A DNA stretch of 64,000 nucleotides from an uncultured Nitrososphaeraceae archaeon (GCA_963837175.1 CAWIMJ010000016.1:1-64000); one strand, 5' to 3'. Shown: positions 45,661 through 56,554, numbered from the stretch's first letter. A program made the numbers and translations. The notes: a model not told the origin generated them from the letters alone.

Positions 45661-46494
45661 TTATTGAATATCCCAATAGATAGTTGTGTCTTCATTATTT
45701 GAAGGCGCTGGCTGTGGTTGGGATTCTTCTTTCGGTACAACCACCTTATCTTTTTCCTCTTCCTGCTGTTGCTCCCGAATAGATGGTGATGATGATGAAG
45801 TAGATGGAGATGGTGTTATTGAAACAGAAGGAGTTGTTGATTCTGGACTAGTAGTACTTGTTGTTGTAGTCACAGTTTTAGTATCATTATTATTATCTCC
45901 CTTTACAGGAGGCAATATAGAAGAAGATGAAACAGTTTCACTAACATTATTCTGTTGTTCTTCTTTTGCTGCTGACGTGGCCCTTTCAGAAGAAGAAGAT
46001 TCCATTATTCCAGTAACATCTAAACTATAATATGTTGTTAAATTGACAGTACCTCCGCCATCATTATTATTATTAAGACAAGATAATTTAGAAGTTAGAA
46101 TGTTTGTTCCGTTTGTAATAAGATGATAATTGTTAGTATATGTATAATTCCATCTAGAATAGTCATCTACTCCTCCAGGACCTGTTGCAACAGCTTTCTG
46201 AAATGGCTTTGTATTATTCCAATCAGCATATACTGTACAATCAGAAGTTACATTATCTGTAGATATTCCTGAAATGGTAAGCTGGCCAACTGGCACTTCA
46301 TCGGCAGCAGGTGATGTAATCTTTACGCCCATTATCGGTAACTGTTGTTGTTGTACTTGTGCTTGTACATATAAAGTACGATAATAATAATAATAATCTG
46401 GAAGAGCAAAATAAAGAAGGATTATTATTATTCCAAAAGTAAACAACAGTAGTTTAAGTTCTTTTATTAACTTGAGCTGGCTAGACCTTTTCAT
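45661..46494 (-). CDS. Secreted Ig-like domain protein with S/T-rich tail
   Basis: GVKITSP..LTISGISTDN..C.VYADWN..DYSRW..LTSKLSC; low-complexity tail. Confidence 0.65.
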   Translation of the reverse strand: MKRSSQLKLIKELKLLLFTFGIIIILLYFALPDYYYYYRTLYVQAQVQQQQLPIMGVKITSPAADEVPVGQLTISGISTDNVTSDCTVYADWNNTKPFQKAVATGPGGVDDYSRWNYTYTNNYHLITNGTNILTSKLSCLNNNNDGGGTVNLTTYYSLDVTGIMESSSSERATSAAKEEQQNNVSETVSSSSILPPVKGDNNNDTKTVTTTTSTTSPESTTPSVSITPSPSTSSSSPSIREQQQEEEKDKVVVPKEESQPQPAPSNNEDTTIYWDIQ

Positions 46495-46699
46495 GCTTTA
46501 TACTATAGCTCTCTATACAATATATCTAATAAGTGAAGATTCTATTGGTATGCAGCCAGCGAAATAATAACAGATCGTATACTCTTCAGCATTACCATAC
46601 TACCTATGAAGATTTAGCTGTAGGATGTGGTGGTAGTAGTGGTATTGGAATGTGAAATTTTAAAAGCTATGCAATATTATTTAAGGAAGATGTATTGAC

Positions 46700-47605
46700 T
46701 TGGTGGCTATTGATATAAGCCTTGAAAGAAATAAATATGCTGCTGGAGAAACAGTGAAAGGAATACTTACCATCTCTGAAGATAAGGAGTTTAAGGCACA
46801 AAGTCTTGAACTATCAGTTTCTGGAGAGGAGAGAATAATAGAAATAAGTGATGAAAAATCTTTTGAGACTAGAAGAATAACAGCCCAAGTATCTAATATT
46901 TTCTTCTCAAAAGACCTTTCACACTTTCTAAATTCAATAGGAACAAAGGTAAAAGATGATGATAATGATAATATGCTGCAAGTGCCGGGTGGTATTACAA
47001 AAGTCCCTTTTGAATTTACCATTCCAGATGATGCTCTAGAATCTTATGAAGGTAAATATGCAATGACAATTTACAAAATAGAGGCTGCAGCTAATATGCC
47101 AAGGAGACTAGATATAGGCAAAAGTTTGTCATTCAACGTCTTTAATCAGAAGAGAAAGAATATGAAGTTTGACAGGGCTATTATAGAGGAAATAAAAGAG
47201 AAAACAAATTCTGGTATAAGATTAGAGCTTGAAGGAGGAGATGACAAGAATAATACTTTCTCTCCGGGTGAAATTATAAGAGGAAAGATAATCATAGAAG
47301 ACTCTAAGATATCACCAAAGATAAGGAAGGCAGAGCTTATTTTAGGTGCTATAGAATTTGTTCAAGCTCAAAGAAAGAAGAAAAGAACTGAGATCTTTCC
47401 AAATTATAAAGAGAAAGTTAAAGGTAAAATTGAATGGAATAAAGATGATAATAGTAGTATTATTCAATTTGAGACGCATATTCCAAAAGATATAAGGCGA
47501 AGTTACCTTGGAAAGTATTCTGAATATTACTGGTTGCTTGAGGCAAAAGTCGATATACCATGGTCTGATGATTTGTCCGCCAGTACTATTATACAAATTG
47601 TTTGA
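46700..47605 (+). CDS. Arrestin-fold (SpoOM/alpha-arrestin-like) protein with two tandem domains
   Basis: Twice: (Y/F)..GE.(V/I).G.... FE..IP....SY.GKY....Y...A....P. Confidence 0.7.
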   Translation: MVAIDISLERNKYAAGETVKGILTISEDKEFKAQSLELSVSGEERIIEISDEKSFETRRITAQVSNIFFSKDLSHFLNSIGTKVKDDDNDNMLQVPGGITKVPFEFTIPDDALESYEGKYAMTIYKIEAAANMPRRLDIGKSLSFNVFNQKRKNMKFDRAIIEEIKEKTNSGIRLELEGGDDKNNTFSPGEIIRGKIIIEDSKISPKIRKAELILGAIEFVQAQRKKKRTEIFPNYKEKVKGKIEWNKDDNSSIIQFETHIPKDIRRSYLGKYSEYYWLLEAKVDIPWSDDLSASTIIQIV

Positions 47606-47946
47606 ATAAAGAGTAATAGTATTAGTGTGATCGGAAAATCCCTAAATTAACAATGGCCTATTGACGCCATCGTACTACTACTGAATTCAGATACTAATTG
47701 ATATGGTCCTGAATTCAATATCTTAGCAAAATGATTCAAAATATATATTTGATCATGTTGATCCAGACGAAGAGGATAATGAAATAATATATTCAATAAT
47801 TAATCGGCGAACACACAAATCCTACTTTATTTCTGAATGCTTTAGCTAGCATCTCAGTATCGTACTCTTAGGCCTTTATTCTAAGATTTAATTTAATAGT
47901 TCCTAAATAGTTGTTACTAGATGGAGAGTAGCTTGCATTTTATAAT

Positions 47947-47986
47947 GGATTCATATCTGCTTGAACCCTAGATATAAGTGGGTTCA
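47947..47986. repeat. Array of integrase-type half-sites
   Basis: GGATTCA-N8-TGAACCC-N11-GGGTTCA; same TGAACCC-N10/11-GG..CA layout as 21575 and 23158. Confidence 0.5.
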
Positions 47987-48244
47987 CATAATATTGGTTA
48001 ATTATATCGTTACCAATATGAAGTAACTTATTCTCACAAGGTGTATTTAATTCTTACATATAACATGATTCAATAGTATGTTCTATTAATAACCCAGTTC
48101 TCGTTACAGGTTTATTTCCAATTATTTGTGACTGTATTTATTGAAATAACGAAATCTGAAAAGTTTGAATTTATCTATTGATAGAAGGACGTAGGCTAAG
48201 TACCTGATAAAAAATACAATTAGAACACAAGATATTACTATCGT

Positions 48245-48568
48245 TTATTTATTGAATTTACGATAAATTGCTATTAGATTATTGCATCTTCTACATCTAT
48301 ATTCTCCTTTCTCAATAAGGATAATATCTTCGCCTAGTCTTTCATTTGGATTTTCATAACTTATTATTGGAGAACCAGCATATTCCTTTTCACATCTCTT
48401 ACAATAATATTTTGAAAATCTATCTTCATTTAATCTTCCTACATTTCCTAGGAATATATGAGGAACTCCAAGACTTGCTTTGATTTCTTCTTGTTCTGTT
48501 AGTTTTGCAAGAGCATAGCCACCTGATCCTAATAATTTCTTTTCCTCTAAATCTTCGTTCTTACTCAC
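48245..48568 (-). CDS. Conserved thaumarchaeal Zn-binding protein (copy 2)
   Basis: Near-identical to 8459..8782. Confidence 0.75.
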   Translation of the reverse strand: MSKNEDLEEKKLLGSGGYALAKLTEQEEIKASLGVPHIFLGNVGRLNEDRFSKYYCKRCEKEYAGSPIISYENPNERLGEDIILIEKGEYRCRRCNNLIAIYRKFNK

Positions 48569-48647
48569 ATATCCTATAGTGAATAGCTATAATTTTAATA
48601 ATACATCAACATTATTTGACATTGCAACAATCTAAGTGGATTCATTC

Positions 48648-48836
48648 TCACTTCTTCTTCTTCTTACTTTCTGCCATTCTAACCACTACAGTGATTTCAT
48701 TCTTTCTTGCTTCTAATGACCAATCTAATTTATCACCTGCTTTTAATCCCCATTGCTTTACAATAAACATAGGAATAGTAGTACGTAATGATGCTTTGTT
48801 TGGAGCATTTAATGCTAATGTTGTTGCCTCTCCCAT
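48648..48836 (-). CDS. AbrB/SpoVT/MazE-type DNA-binding protein (copy 2)
   Basis: Near-identical to 8846..9052. Confidence 0.8.
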   Translation of the reverse strand: MGEATTLALNAPNKASLRTTIPMFIVKQWGLKAGDKLDWSLEARKNEITVVVRMAESKKKKK

Positions 48837-49191
48837 ATAAAGTCTACAAGTAAATGATCATGTATTAAGTTTGTCTACCAGTATACCACCACATTTTATA
48901 ACTTATAGTATACCATAAAATAGGTATGAATAAAATAATAACTGTACTCGATAAAGAACAGGCACACACACAATACACAATACATTAACTCTTAGAAGGT
49001 GGTATAGACTTACGTCGATTATATGCTTTAATGACAAATTAAGAAAAGTTTAACTAAAAGGGACTTAATGTTAAAATATTGCTACCACAATTTACTGTGG
49101 CTGCATCCTGTCAGCAAAAAAGATTGGAAGTAGACCTCGTTATCAGACTAATAAGTATATCTCGAATAGAGCATCTTCTATAGTGTTACCA

Positions 49192-49543
49192 ATGCAAGAT
49201 GCTACTGATATTGATTGGGACAATGTTGATAGGGCTTGGGATCCAACTCCAAACCCTCCACCAAATGGGACATGTAAATGGAGACTTGATAAAAGTGGTC
49301 CTGAAAGCCAATGGAGGAATTACTGCCAGGGTTATACTTGGGAATATAGGGGGAATTGACAGGGGCAGTGTGCGCCGGTTTGGCATAACTAGCGAAGCAA
49401 GTTCAAGAACAGCATCCTGTTATTTCAAAAGTATGCGCAGATGTTCTTCAGGTACACCTTTAAATCCTACTTCATGCGGTCCATGCAACGATTGGGCATA
49501 CCCATGTTGCTTTGATAATGGTATTTGTAAAAAAAAGACCTAA
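49192..49543 (+). pseudogene. Possible Cys/Trp-rich small protein relic
   Basis: MQDATDIDWDNVDRAWDP..TCKW..YCQGYTWEY then stops; distal SCGPCNDWAYPCCFDNGIC in another frame. Confidence 0.3.
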
Positions 49544-49888
49544 GATTTTCATAAAAAAATGAATAAAAAATAGCTTGGAAATTAAAACCCAAGATCTTCA
49601 CAAAAGTAAAGCTAACTGCTATTCCATTTGATAAGATAGACTATTAGGATTACAACTGCAGTAGTTATGCCTGCAAGTAGTGAAAATATCTCTATTCTTT
49701 GTACAGAAACGAGATGATTGATCTGCGAATAAATTGTTGAAGTAGGTGTTATAAAAAAACAAAATATATGGGTTTTCCTAATTTGATATTTACGGCATCG
49801 TGTAAACCATTTATGAAACTCGAGCAAAGTTTACCACATAATACAAAACTTATATCTTTCATGATAGTGACTATGGATATACATAGAT

Positions 49889-50554
49889 ATGTCAGATTCA
49901 TTAAATCCGCGTGATCTGGGAGTTATTGTTAGAAACACACAGCCAGAGGACATTTCTAAAATAGTCAATTTGCAGATCGAATCATATCCGTATCTTTCTC
50001 CTTATGGAAATATATGGCGTTCAGAAGAGCTTGAAAGTCATCTTCGCATTTTTCCGCAAGGACAATTTGTTGCTGTTGAACCAGATGATACTATAGTCGG
50101 TTCTGCCAGTACTCTTATGGTGTCACTTAATCCTGAATATGCAGAACATACGTGGAAAGACATTACTGCAGACGGTTTATTTATAACTCATATTCCAAGC
50201 GGAGACAGTCTGTATTTAGCAGATATATCTACCCATCCAAAACACAGACATGAAGGTATCGGAGGCATGATTATTCACAGATGGAAGGAATTAGTTACGA
50301 AGTTAAATCTAAGGAGGATGATAGGAGGAGGAAGGTTATTTAACTACTGTGATCATGCAGTCAAGATGTCTCCATATGAATACGTTGGGAAAGTGATGAA
50401 AGGGGAATTAAAAGATCCTGTTCTCACATTCGAATTGAATATTGGGTTTAGATTTGTCAAAATACTCACAAATTACCTGGATGATGTCCGTTCTCTTAAT
50501 TACGCAGGTTTTATAGAATGGTTAAATCCAAATGCGCTCAAAGTCTCTAGCTAG
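49889..50554 (+). CDS. GNAT-family acetyltransferase
   Basis: FPQGQFVA, DISTHPKHRHEGIG acetyl-CoA motif, GGGRL, DPVLTFEL. Confidence 0.85.
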   Translation: MSDSLNPRDLGVIVRNTQPEDISKIVNLQIESYPYLSPYGNIWRSEELESHLRIFPQGQFVAVEPDDTIVGSASTLMVSLNPEYAEHTWKDITADGLFITHIPSGDSLYLADISTHPKHRHEGIGGMIIHRWKELVTKLNLRRMIGGGRLFNYCDHAVKMSPYEYVGKVMKGELKDPVLTFELNIGFRFVKILTNYLDDVRSLNYAGFIEWLNPNALKVSS

Positions 50555-50584
50555 CGGTTTATGGATTAAAATTGACGATATTTT

Positions 50585-50650
50585 AGGTCCCATACTCAAT
50601 CGTTTTATGAAGAATACAAATCAGGTAGTCGTTGGTCTGGGTTCGGTGGA
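50585..50650. repeat. Class 2 core with left arm homologous to 26190..26256
   Basis: TTGGTCTGGGTTCGGTGG vs TTGGTCCGGGTTCGGTGG; both preceded by CCCAT..CGTT..CAAA. Confidence 0.65.
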
Positions 50651-50724
50651 TTCGCTATCCTAGCACTCCTAATTTAGAACTCTTATTTCCTAGCTATAGT
50701 CAGGCCATAAAGCATATTTCTGCA

Positions 50725-51672
50725 TCAGCCAATTGCATAGAATATTCGCCAAATTATAAACCCTGTTACTACTATCAATACAATACCAATAATCAGTTTC
50801 AAACTTCCTTCACTGAATCTATTGGTATATTTCGCTCCCATGTATCCTCCAAGCATTGCAGCAGGACCCATTGTGATCATCATCAGAAAGTCAACATTTC
50901 CGTTAATTATATGTCCAACCAAACTAGATGCACCAGTTAAAGATGATACTGCTAAATTTGTTCCAATTGCTACTTTGGTTTCCATTTTTAAGACAGAAAT
51001 CATTGCAGGCAAACGTATACTTCCAATGATTAAGCCTACAAGTCCTCCAACGAATCCTATTCCAAATCCTATGAACGATTCAGTAAAAATAAATTGCTTG
51101 TTATAGACTCCTGAAATATTTGAAGAATTAGAAGGACTAGAACGAAGAGCACTACTAGGATCATGAATCAGATCCAAATTGTTGTTATCTTCTTTGTTGT
51201 TATTGCTTCTTCTCATCTCTTCGTCCTTTTTCTTTCTTGAACTCTTAATTAATACAAATGCTTCATACAAGACTATTATTGCTATAATACCAAGTAATAG
51301 AGTAACAGGAATGTATTTTGTGAAGACGGAACCAAAGAAACCGCCAGTAGAACCTGTGGCAGCCATAATTAAAAACGTTTGAAGAGAGATGTTTTTTTGT
51401 CGAAAATGTCTAATAGCAGCAGCAGCCGCTCCAAAAGTGCTTACTCCAATATTAGTCCCGGCAGCAACACTTACTGAAGAAGAAGAAGGAGAGGAAGGAG
51501 AGAATGAAGATTCAACTCCTAAAATGATAAATGCAAGTCGCAATACTCCAAGGACAAGTCCAACCATTCCGCCTACAAATCCAACTACAAAACCCAATAA
51601 AACAAGAATGATAGCAATAACTAAATCAATATTAATGGTCTGGAGAAGCTTATTCCCTAATAAAAGTTGCAC
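50725..51672 (-). CDS. TauE/SafE sulfite-exporter family membrane protein
   Basis: Duplicated GFVGG.VGL..G..R...A.GTN repeat halves. Confidence 0.85.
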   Translation of the reverse strand: MQLLLGNKLLQTINIDLVIAIILVLLGFVVGFVGGMVGLVLGVLRLAFIILGVESSFSPSSPSSSSVSVAAGTNIGVSTFGAAAAAIRHFRQKNISLQTFLIMAATGSTGGFFGSVFTKYIPVTLLLGIIAIIVLYEAFVLIKSSRKKKDEEMRRSNNNKEDNNNLDLIHDPSSALRSSPSNSSNISGVYNKQFIFTESFIGFGIGFVGGLVGLIIGSIRLPAMISVLKMETKVAIGTNLAVSSLTGASSLVGHIINGNVDFLMMITMGPAAMLGGYMGAKYTNRFSEGSLKLIIGIVLIVVTGFIIWRIFYAIG

Positions 51673-51678
51673 GTTTAC

Positions 51679-52203
51679 TTATACTATGATTTTGGAACAT
51701 GTAAATTCAAACGCGTTACCATATCTTATAATCGAAAGTCCAGTGCTACAAAGAGTACTGTTTGGCAGACAGCTTTTGAAAGAAGTTAACATCCTTTTGA
51801 TTTCTTCGATTGTAGGAGCACGATCATTTGCATATTTTCTTCCTTTAGGCATCCCACGTGTTATTTTATTCCAAGGAATATCGATGTCCATCTGTTTGCA
51901 GAATAATATTATAGGCCTGATATAATTTCTCAATGTAGAACCTGTTATTTCTTTTCGTTCTACTCTATTCTTATGAATTTGTAAGTATTTCAAGAGATTG
52001 TTGGCAAACCAGTTGATATCACTTTTTGCTTTTTCACCAAAGATGTTACAGCGATCTTCAATTGTGTCGTACCGCTCAATACCAATATAGTCAAAAAAAT
52101 AACCTAACCGCTGAAGATATTTTTCCCTGGTTATAGGGGATCTTATAGCTAAGGTGAATATCGAATAAGGACTTGAATTTAATTGAACCGGTTCTTCTAT
52201 CAT
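51679..52203 (-). pseudogene. Tyrosine integrase (family 1), N-terminal half only
   Basis: PYSIFTLAIRSPITREKY..TLRNYIRPIILF..NDRAPTIEEI; homologous to 38654..39340; similarity stops near 51790. Confidence 0.8.
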
Positions 52204-52255
52204 TCTTTGTTACCTTTTGTTATATTAGAACCCTAATTAAGGACTGATATCGGAT

Positions 52256-52329
52256 TGGGCCCAAGGGGGTTTGAACCCCTGGCCGACCGGTTATGAGCCG
52301 GTCGCTCTACCAGGCTGAGCTATGGGCCC
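52256..52329 (-). tRNA. tRNA-Ile2 (CAT anticodon)
   Basis: Cloverleaf GGGCCCA/TGGGCCC, GCTC/GAGC, ACCGG-CTCATAA-CCGGT, AGGGG-TTCAAAC-CCCCT; Ile-type acceptor stem. Confidence 0.9.
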
Positions 52330-52394
52330 ATGATCAAAAAGTCGATAATGGATAACGATATATAGGTTTTGAGATCGATATCAGTACATATTAC

Positions 52395-53061
52395 TTAGCA
52401 CTCTACATAATTTTTCTGGACAGAATCCAATAGTTTGTTCTGGGCTTCCAGTGAATTGATAGCAGCATTGAAAGTGAGTTCTTGTTTGTCTTCAGGAATA
52501 GTTTGTAAAACGCTTTTCCAAACTTCTGAATGTCTTAAATCTACCTCTTCATGGATTTCTAAATATTTGGTGGCATCGTTACTTTTCACACCGTAAAATT
52601 TATTCAAGCCATCAATTTTTGATCTACTAATCTTTGGCAATTCTTTTTCATATGCATACATAGCTGCCGACTGCCTCTTCCAGTGATAATTTGGTTAGTT
52701 GAGTTAATATAGAGACAGCATTATTTGTTTCATTCTGGCCTTTATAAGTAGTAAGCTCTTCCCTCTGGACGCCCATAGCAGTTGAGAACATTATCCATGG
52801 CTCTATGTGTTCATACTCTTCCTTTAGGTTCTGGCCAACATCTCTTTTTAATGAAGGATCGGTAACTCTATTAAGAATATTTTCTACAAACTTTGGTACG
52901 ACTTTTACCAATTGAAAATATTCCTTTGAATAACCTTGTAAATGATTAAAAGTAAGTTTTCCTTCAGACCACATTTGATAAAATCTATGTTTGAGCAAGC
53001 TACGCTTTTCAATTTCGTAATCGATCCTTTCTATAAGTGAATTTTTCAGCGAATTTTTCAT
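52395..53061 (-). CDS. PqqC/TenA/CADD-like heme-oxygenase-fold protein, +1 frameshift near 52667
   Basis: LLKHRFYQMWSEGKL, EEYEH, YAYE, K..GL..FYG, H..VD..H. Confidence 0.8.
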
Positions 53062-53308
53062 TCAACAAAAAATAGACTTTCACATAGAAAAACTTTGTGC
53101 AAAATGTTGCAAAATGTTTGATTGATTCTATCCGTGCTAGATTGATCGAATAAAATCTTATATTATTAAAAGACTCAGAGCCATTCGTAATATAAAAGCA
53201 GTCATTATATAGCTAATAGCATAATATTAAAAAGTCTTTTGGAGAAAAACTGCCGAAATATAATACACAAGAAAGGATTTTATGTGAAATGAAATCAAAA
53301 ATCTAAGT

Positions 53309-53413
53309 GCTCCGGTGGTGTAGTAGCTCGTGTATAAAAGACAGCTGCATAATCCGGTCAAGCATTGTGGCCTTTCGAGTCGCAGATCCCGGGTTCAAAT
53401 CCCGGCCGGAGCA
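53309..53413 (+). tRNA. tRNA-Glu(TTC) with a 29-nt intron at position 15/16 (53324..53352)
   Basis: Removing the intron gives GCTCCGG TG GTGT AGTCCGGTCAA GCAT T GTGGC CTTTCGA GTCGC AGATC CCGGG TTCAAAT CCCGG CCGGAGC A; BHB-like junctions. Confidence 0.85.
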
Positions 53414-53515
53414 TTGATATAAATGATTGAATCATTATTCCTGTGGTTTTGCATCCGTGTGGTAAAGCATTAATATGTTGAATATTTCAAGATAAGCACA
53501 GGCAAGAAATGATCT

Positions 53516-54388
53516 TTGAATAGAAGAAACCTGGAAACCAATCCTTTGTTAGAACAATTCAGCGGATATCTGTTAAAAATAGACGATGCCCTCAAGCGTG
53601 AATTAGATCTCTATTCATGGTCAGAATTTTATGCCCCGTTAAGATATGCATGCGATGGAGGTAAACGCGTTAGGCCCCTTATTCTTGTGCTTTCTGCTGA
53701 AAGCGTAATGAAAAGAACAACAGACTCGTTAAGGATTGGCGAAGATGTTCTTTTTGCTGCCTGTGCTATAGAACTTTTGCATACAGAATCTGTTATCCAT
53801 GATGATATTATTGATGAAGAGAATCTGAGACGCGGAAAGCCCTCATTTCATGTAAAGTATGGATACAACAACAGTATTTTGACTGCTGATTTTGTGTTAG
53901 GAATTATTCTCAGTATAGGTTCCAAGCTAAATAATTCGCGTGTAGCTGGCGAACTTTCTAATGCTGCAATAAAAATGAGCGAAGGTGAAATGATGGAAAT
54001 CAAATTGGCTGAAGATCTTAAAATCGGAGAGGATGATTATATTAAAGTTCTTGAGCAGAAAACTGCTTCTCTTTTTGAAGCATCTGCAAAGATAGGAGCA
54101 ATATTAGGTGGAGGAGAAGAGGATGAAATCCAAGCTATGGCTGCTTTTGGTAATTTGCTCGGAATAGCTTATCAAATTCATGATGATTTAATCGATTGGA
54201 ATAACGAAGACAGGCTCTTTAATATATTGGTAAAAAAGAATGAGCAATCAAAGGAATTTGTTGATCGAATGGAAAAGCTTTACCTATCTTATTCTTCTAA
54301 AGCCAAGAAGGAACTTCGTAAGATAAAAGATAGTACGCAAAAGAGCCACTTGGAGCATCTAACAGATTTAGCTTCGGTCCAATTTTGA
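53516..54388 (+). CDS. Polyprenyl diphosphate synthase (GGPP synthase family)
   Basis: GGKRVRP, IHDDIID..RRG, KTASLF, YQIHDDLID. Confidence 0.9.
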   Translation: MNRRNLETNPLLEQFSGYLLKIDDALKRELDLYSWSEFYAPLRYACDGGKRVRPLILVLSAESVMKRTTDSLRIGEDVLFAACAIELLHTESVIHDDIIDEENLRRGKPSFHVKYGYNNSILTADFVLGIILSIGSKLNNSRVAGELSNAAIKMSEGEMMEIKLAEDLKIGEDDYIKVLEQKTASLFEASAKIGAILGGGEEDEIQAMAAFGNLLGIAYQIHDDLIDWNNEDRLFNILVKKNEQSKEFVDRMEKLYLSYSSKAKKELRKIKDSTQKSHLEHLTDLASVQF

Positions 54389-55027
54389 AACTTTTATTTT
54401 TTTATTACTAAGAATACCTGAATATAAAATACGACGTCAAAACTTCCAAAAGGTTACTCGTAACTGCTATTGTTCAGACCAGTGCATAATTGTCTGATAT
54501 TATAATTGTTATTATTTACATGATTGTTTGCCGGCGGGTAGCAACGATAGTTGACATAGACCGATTATTATTATTATATTAAATGGTAGTTCAATTTATC
54601 TCCTCTTATGTTAGAAGAGAGATGCAGTATGTTATTATAAGAAAATTAAAATACGTTAAGGAAAGCTGATCCATAATAAACCAATAAATCAAATATCGTC
54701 GAAATGCTTGCAAAATTAGCTTTTGAAAAATGTTATTAAAATATTTATTATAATCAAATACATAATCAGAATCACATTAACAGAATAGATAAAAATGTTC
54801 ACTGATTTTTAGATACTTTATACACTCTAGTATAGTAATGACTCTTTCAATTTGAAATCCATCTAAAATATAACAAACAAGAAAAATCAGTCTAAAAGAA
54901 TAAAAAAAGAATCATAAAATACGTTACACAAAAAAGGCGAAAGAGGATTACGGGAATATCAAAATTCATAACAAAGGATAATTAACCGTGACAGGATTAT
55001 ATACTACATAAAAAAAAGAATTGAATA

Positions 55028-56548
55028 TCACGATGAATTACCAGCAATAGAAGAAGTGACATTTGCTAAATCAGGTACTGCTTGTGATGCAAAGTTGAGT
55101 ATAGGGGCATGCCAAATACCAAAACCTACCATAAAAACTATTGCAAAAATCAGTACTGCAACTATAGCCGTCGGCTCTCTGATCTTACTCATATCTGCCG
55201 CACTTTCCATGTACATCTTCCTAATTATCCATGCATAATACCCTAATGATAACGCGCTATTAAGAACCGCTGCTATAGCAAGATATGGCCCCCATGCCAC
55301 TATTGGTCCACTATTCATCGCAGCACTGAACAGAACCAATTTACTCCAGAAACCGTTAAGAGGTGGCACGCCAGCAAGAGCGAGAAGAGAGATAGTGAGG
55401 GCAATTGCAGTGATTGGCATTCTTCGTCCAAGTCCTTTGTAACTCTCTAAACTATAACTAGAAAGACCAACTACCACTGCTGCTGCGGCAATGAAACCGG
55501 AGGATTTCATTACCGCGTGATTAAGTATATGAAATAATGATCCAGCTAGGGCCTGATCAGAATACGGAGCAAGTGCTATACCCATCAAAATATAACCTGC
55601 CTGTGCAATACTTGAATAAGCAAGAATTCTGGGAACACTCTTTTGTATCAATGCTCCAAAGTTACCAATTGTCATAGTAAAAACTGCAAGTACGGCAAGG
55701 GTTATTGTCCAATCTGCATTCAATGCAAACATACCAAGCACTACCACGCGTAAACCTGCGGCAAAACCAGCCTTTTTAGTTCCTGCTGCAAGAAGTGCAC
55801 CAATTGTAGTTGGCGAACCCTCGTAAGCATCAGGCAACCACATATGGAATGGCACGAGCCCCATTTTAAATCCGAAACCTGCAAGAAACATAGCAATGGC
55901 GAGAAGACCTATGGGAATAAGATCTGCTTGTAAACTAGCCATTGCGTGAATAGCAGCACCAATATTTGTAGTGCCTGTGATACCATAGACCAGACCAATA
56001 GCAAAAACTAGAATTGCTGATGATAATGCGCCAAACATAAAGTATTTGATAGCTGCTTCATTTGAAACAGGATCGCGTTTCGAAAATGCAGCCAGTGCAT
56101 AAGTAGGTATAGACATCAACTCCCACGCAACAAGTAGCATTAGAAGATCAGTAGAATAACCAATAATTACCATGCCTATACTGGACAATAAGATAAGAGA
56201 ATAATACGCAGCAGGATTTGCTCTGCCTTTCATATAATTCCATGACGAAGCTGTTACCATAATGGAGACTATTAGCAACGAAATTGCAAAAAATGAACCA
56301 AACATATCATCGGCTAAAAGTCCTTCGCTAAACGCAACTGCAGGCATAACTTCTCCAGATAATATACGGAAAATTATTATTCCTATTACAACGATCAACG
56401 CACCAAAGGCGATACCGCTGTATAGTTTATTATTTGAGCCTCTTTCTCTTTTTAGAGCATCAATAACAGGGATTGCGAGTCCCACTGTCCCCAAAATTAT
56501 TATTACTATTGCTGGTGTTGAAAATAAATCTACCAATTGTTCTTTCAT
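55028..56548 (-). CDS. nuoN: NADH-quinone oxidoreductase subunit N
   Basis: EAAIKYF, FKMGLVPFHMWLPDAYEG, LAYSSIAQAGY. Confidence 0.92.
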   Translation of the reverse strand: MKEQLVDLFSTPAIVIIILGTVGLAIPVIDALKRERGSNNKLYSGIAFGALIVVIGIIIFRILSGEVMPAVAFSEGLLADDMFGSFFAISLLIVSIMVTASSWNYMKGRANPAAYYSLILLSSIGMVIIGYSTDLLMLLVAWELMSIPTYALAAFSKRDPVSNEAAIKYFMFGALSSAILVFAIGLVYGITGTTNIGAAIHAMASLQADLIPIGLLAIAMFLAGFGFKMGLVPFHMWLPDAYEGSPTTIGALLAAGTKKAGFAAGLRVVVLGMFALNADWTITLAVLAVFTMTIGNFGALIQKSVPRILAYSSIAQAGYILMGIALAPYSDQALAGSLFHILNHAVMKSSGFIAAAAVVVGLSSYSLESYKGLGRRMPITAIALTISLLALAGVPPLNGFWSKLVLFSAAMNSGPIVAWGPYLAIAAVLNSALSLGYYAWIIRKMYMESAADMSKIREPTAIVAVLIFAIVFMVGFGIWHAPILNFASQAVPDLANVTSSIAGNSS

Positions 56549-56554
56549 TGCCTC

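Larger units (their letters stand above)
48152..48996. repeat. About 0.84-kb direct repeat, copy 2
   Basis: Matches 8362..9197. Confidence 0.9.
39383..52267 (-). mobile_element. Putative degraded integrative element B (tRNA-proximal)
   Basis: TGGGCYCAAGGG at both ends; integrase relic next to the tRNA; TerL, FUN14 and AbrB inside. Confidence 0.65.

Noticed and set aside
49192-49390. Selenocysteine or pyrrolysine read-through of in-frame TGA/TAG
   Set aside because: Two different stops plus a frame change would be needed; decay is the simpler explanation
52256-52329. tRNA-Met
   Set aside because: Lacks initiator features (A1-U72, GGG/CCC anticodon stem). The GGGCCC acceptor is Ile-like, though elongator Met cannot be fully excluded by eye.
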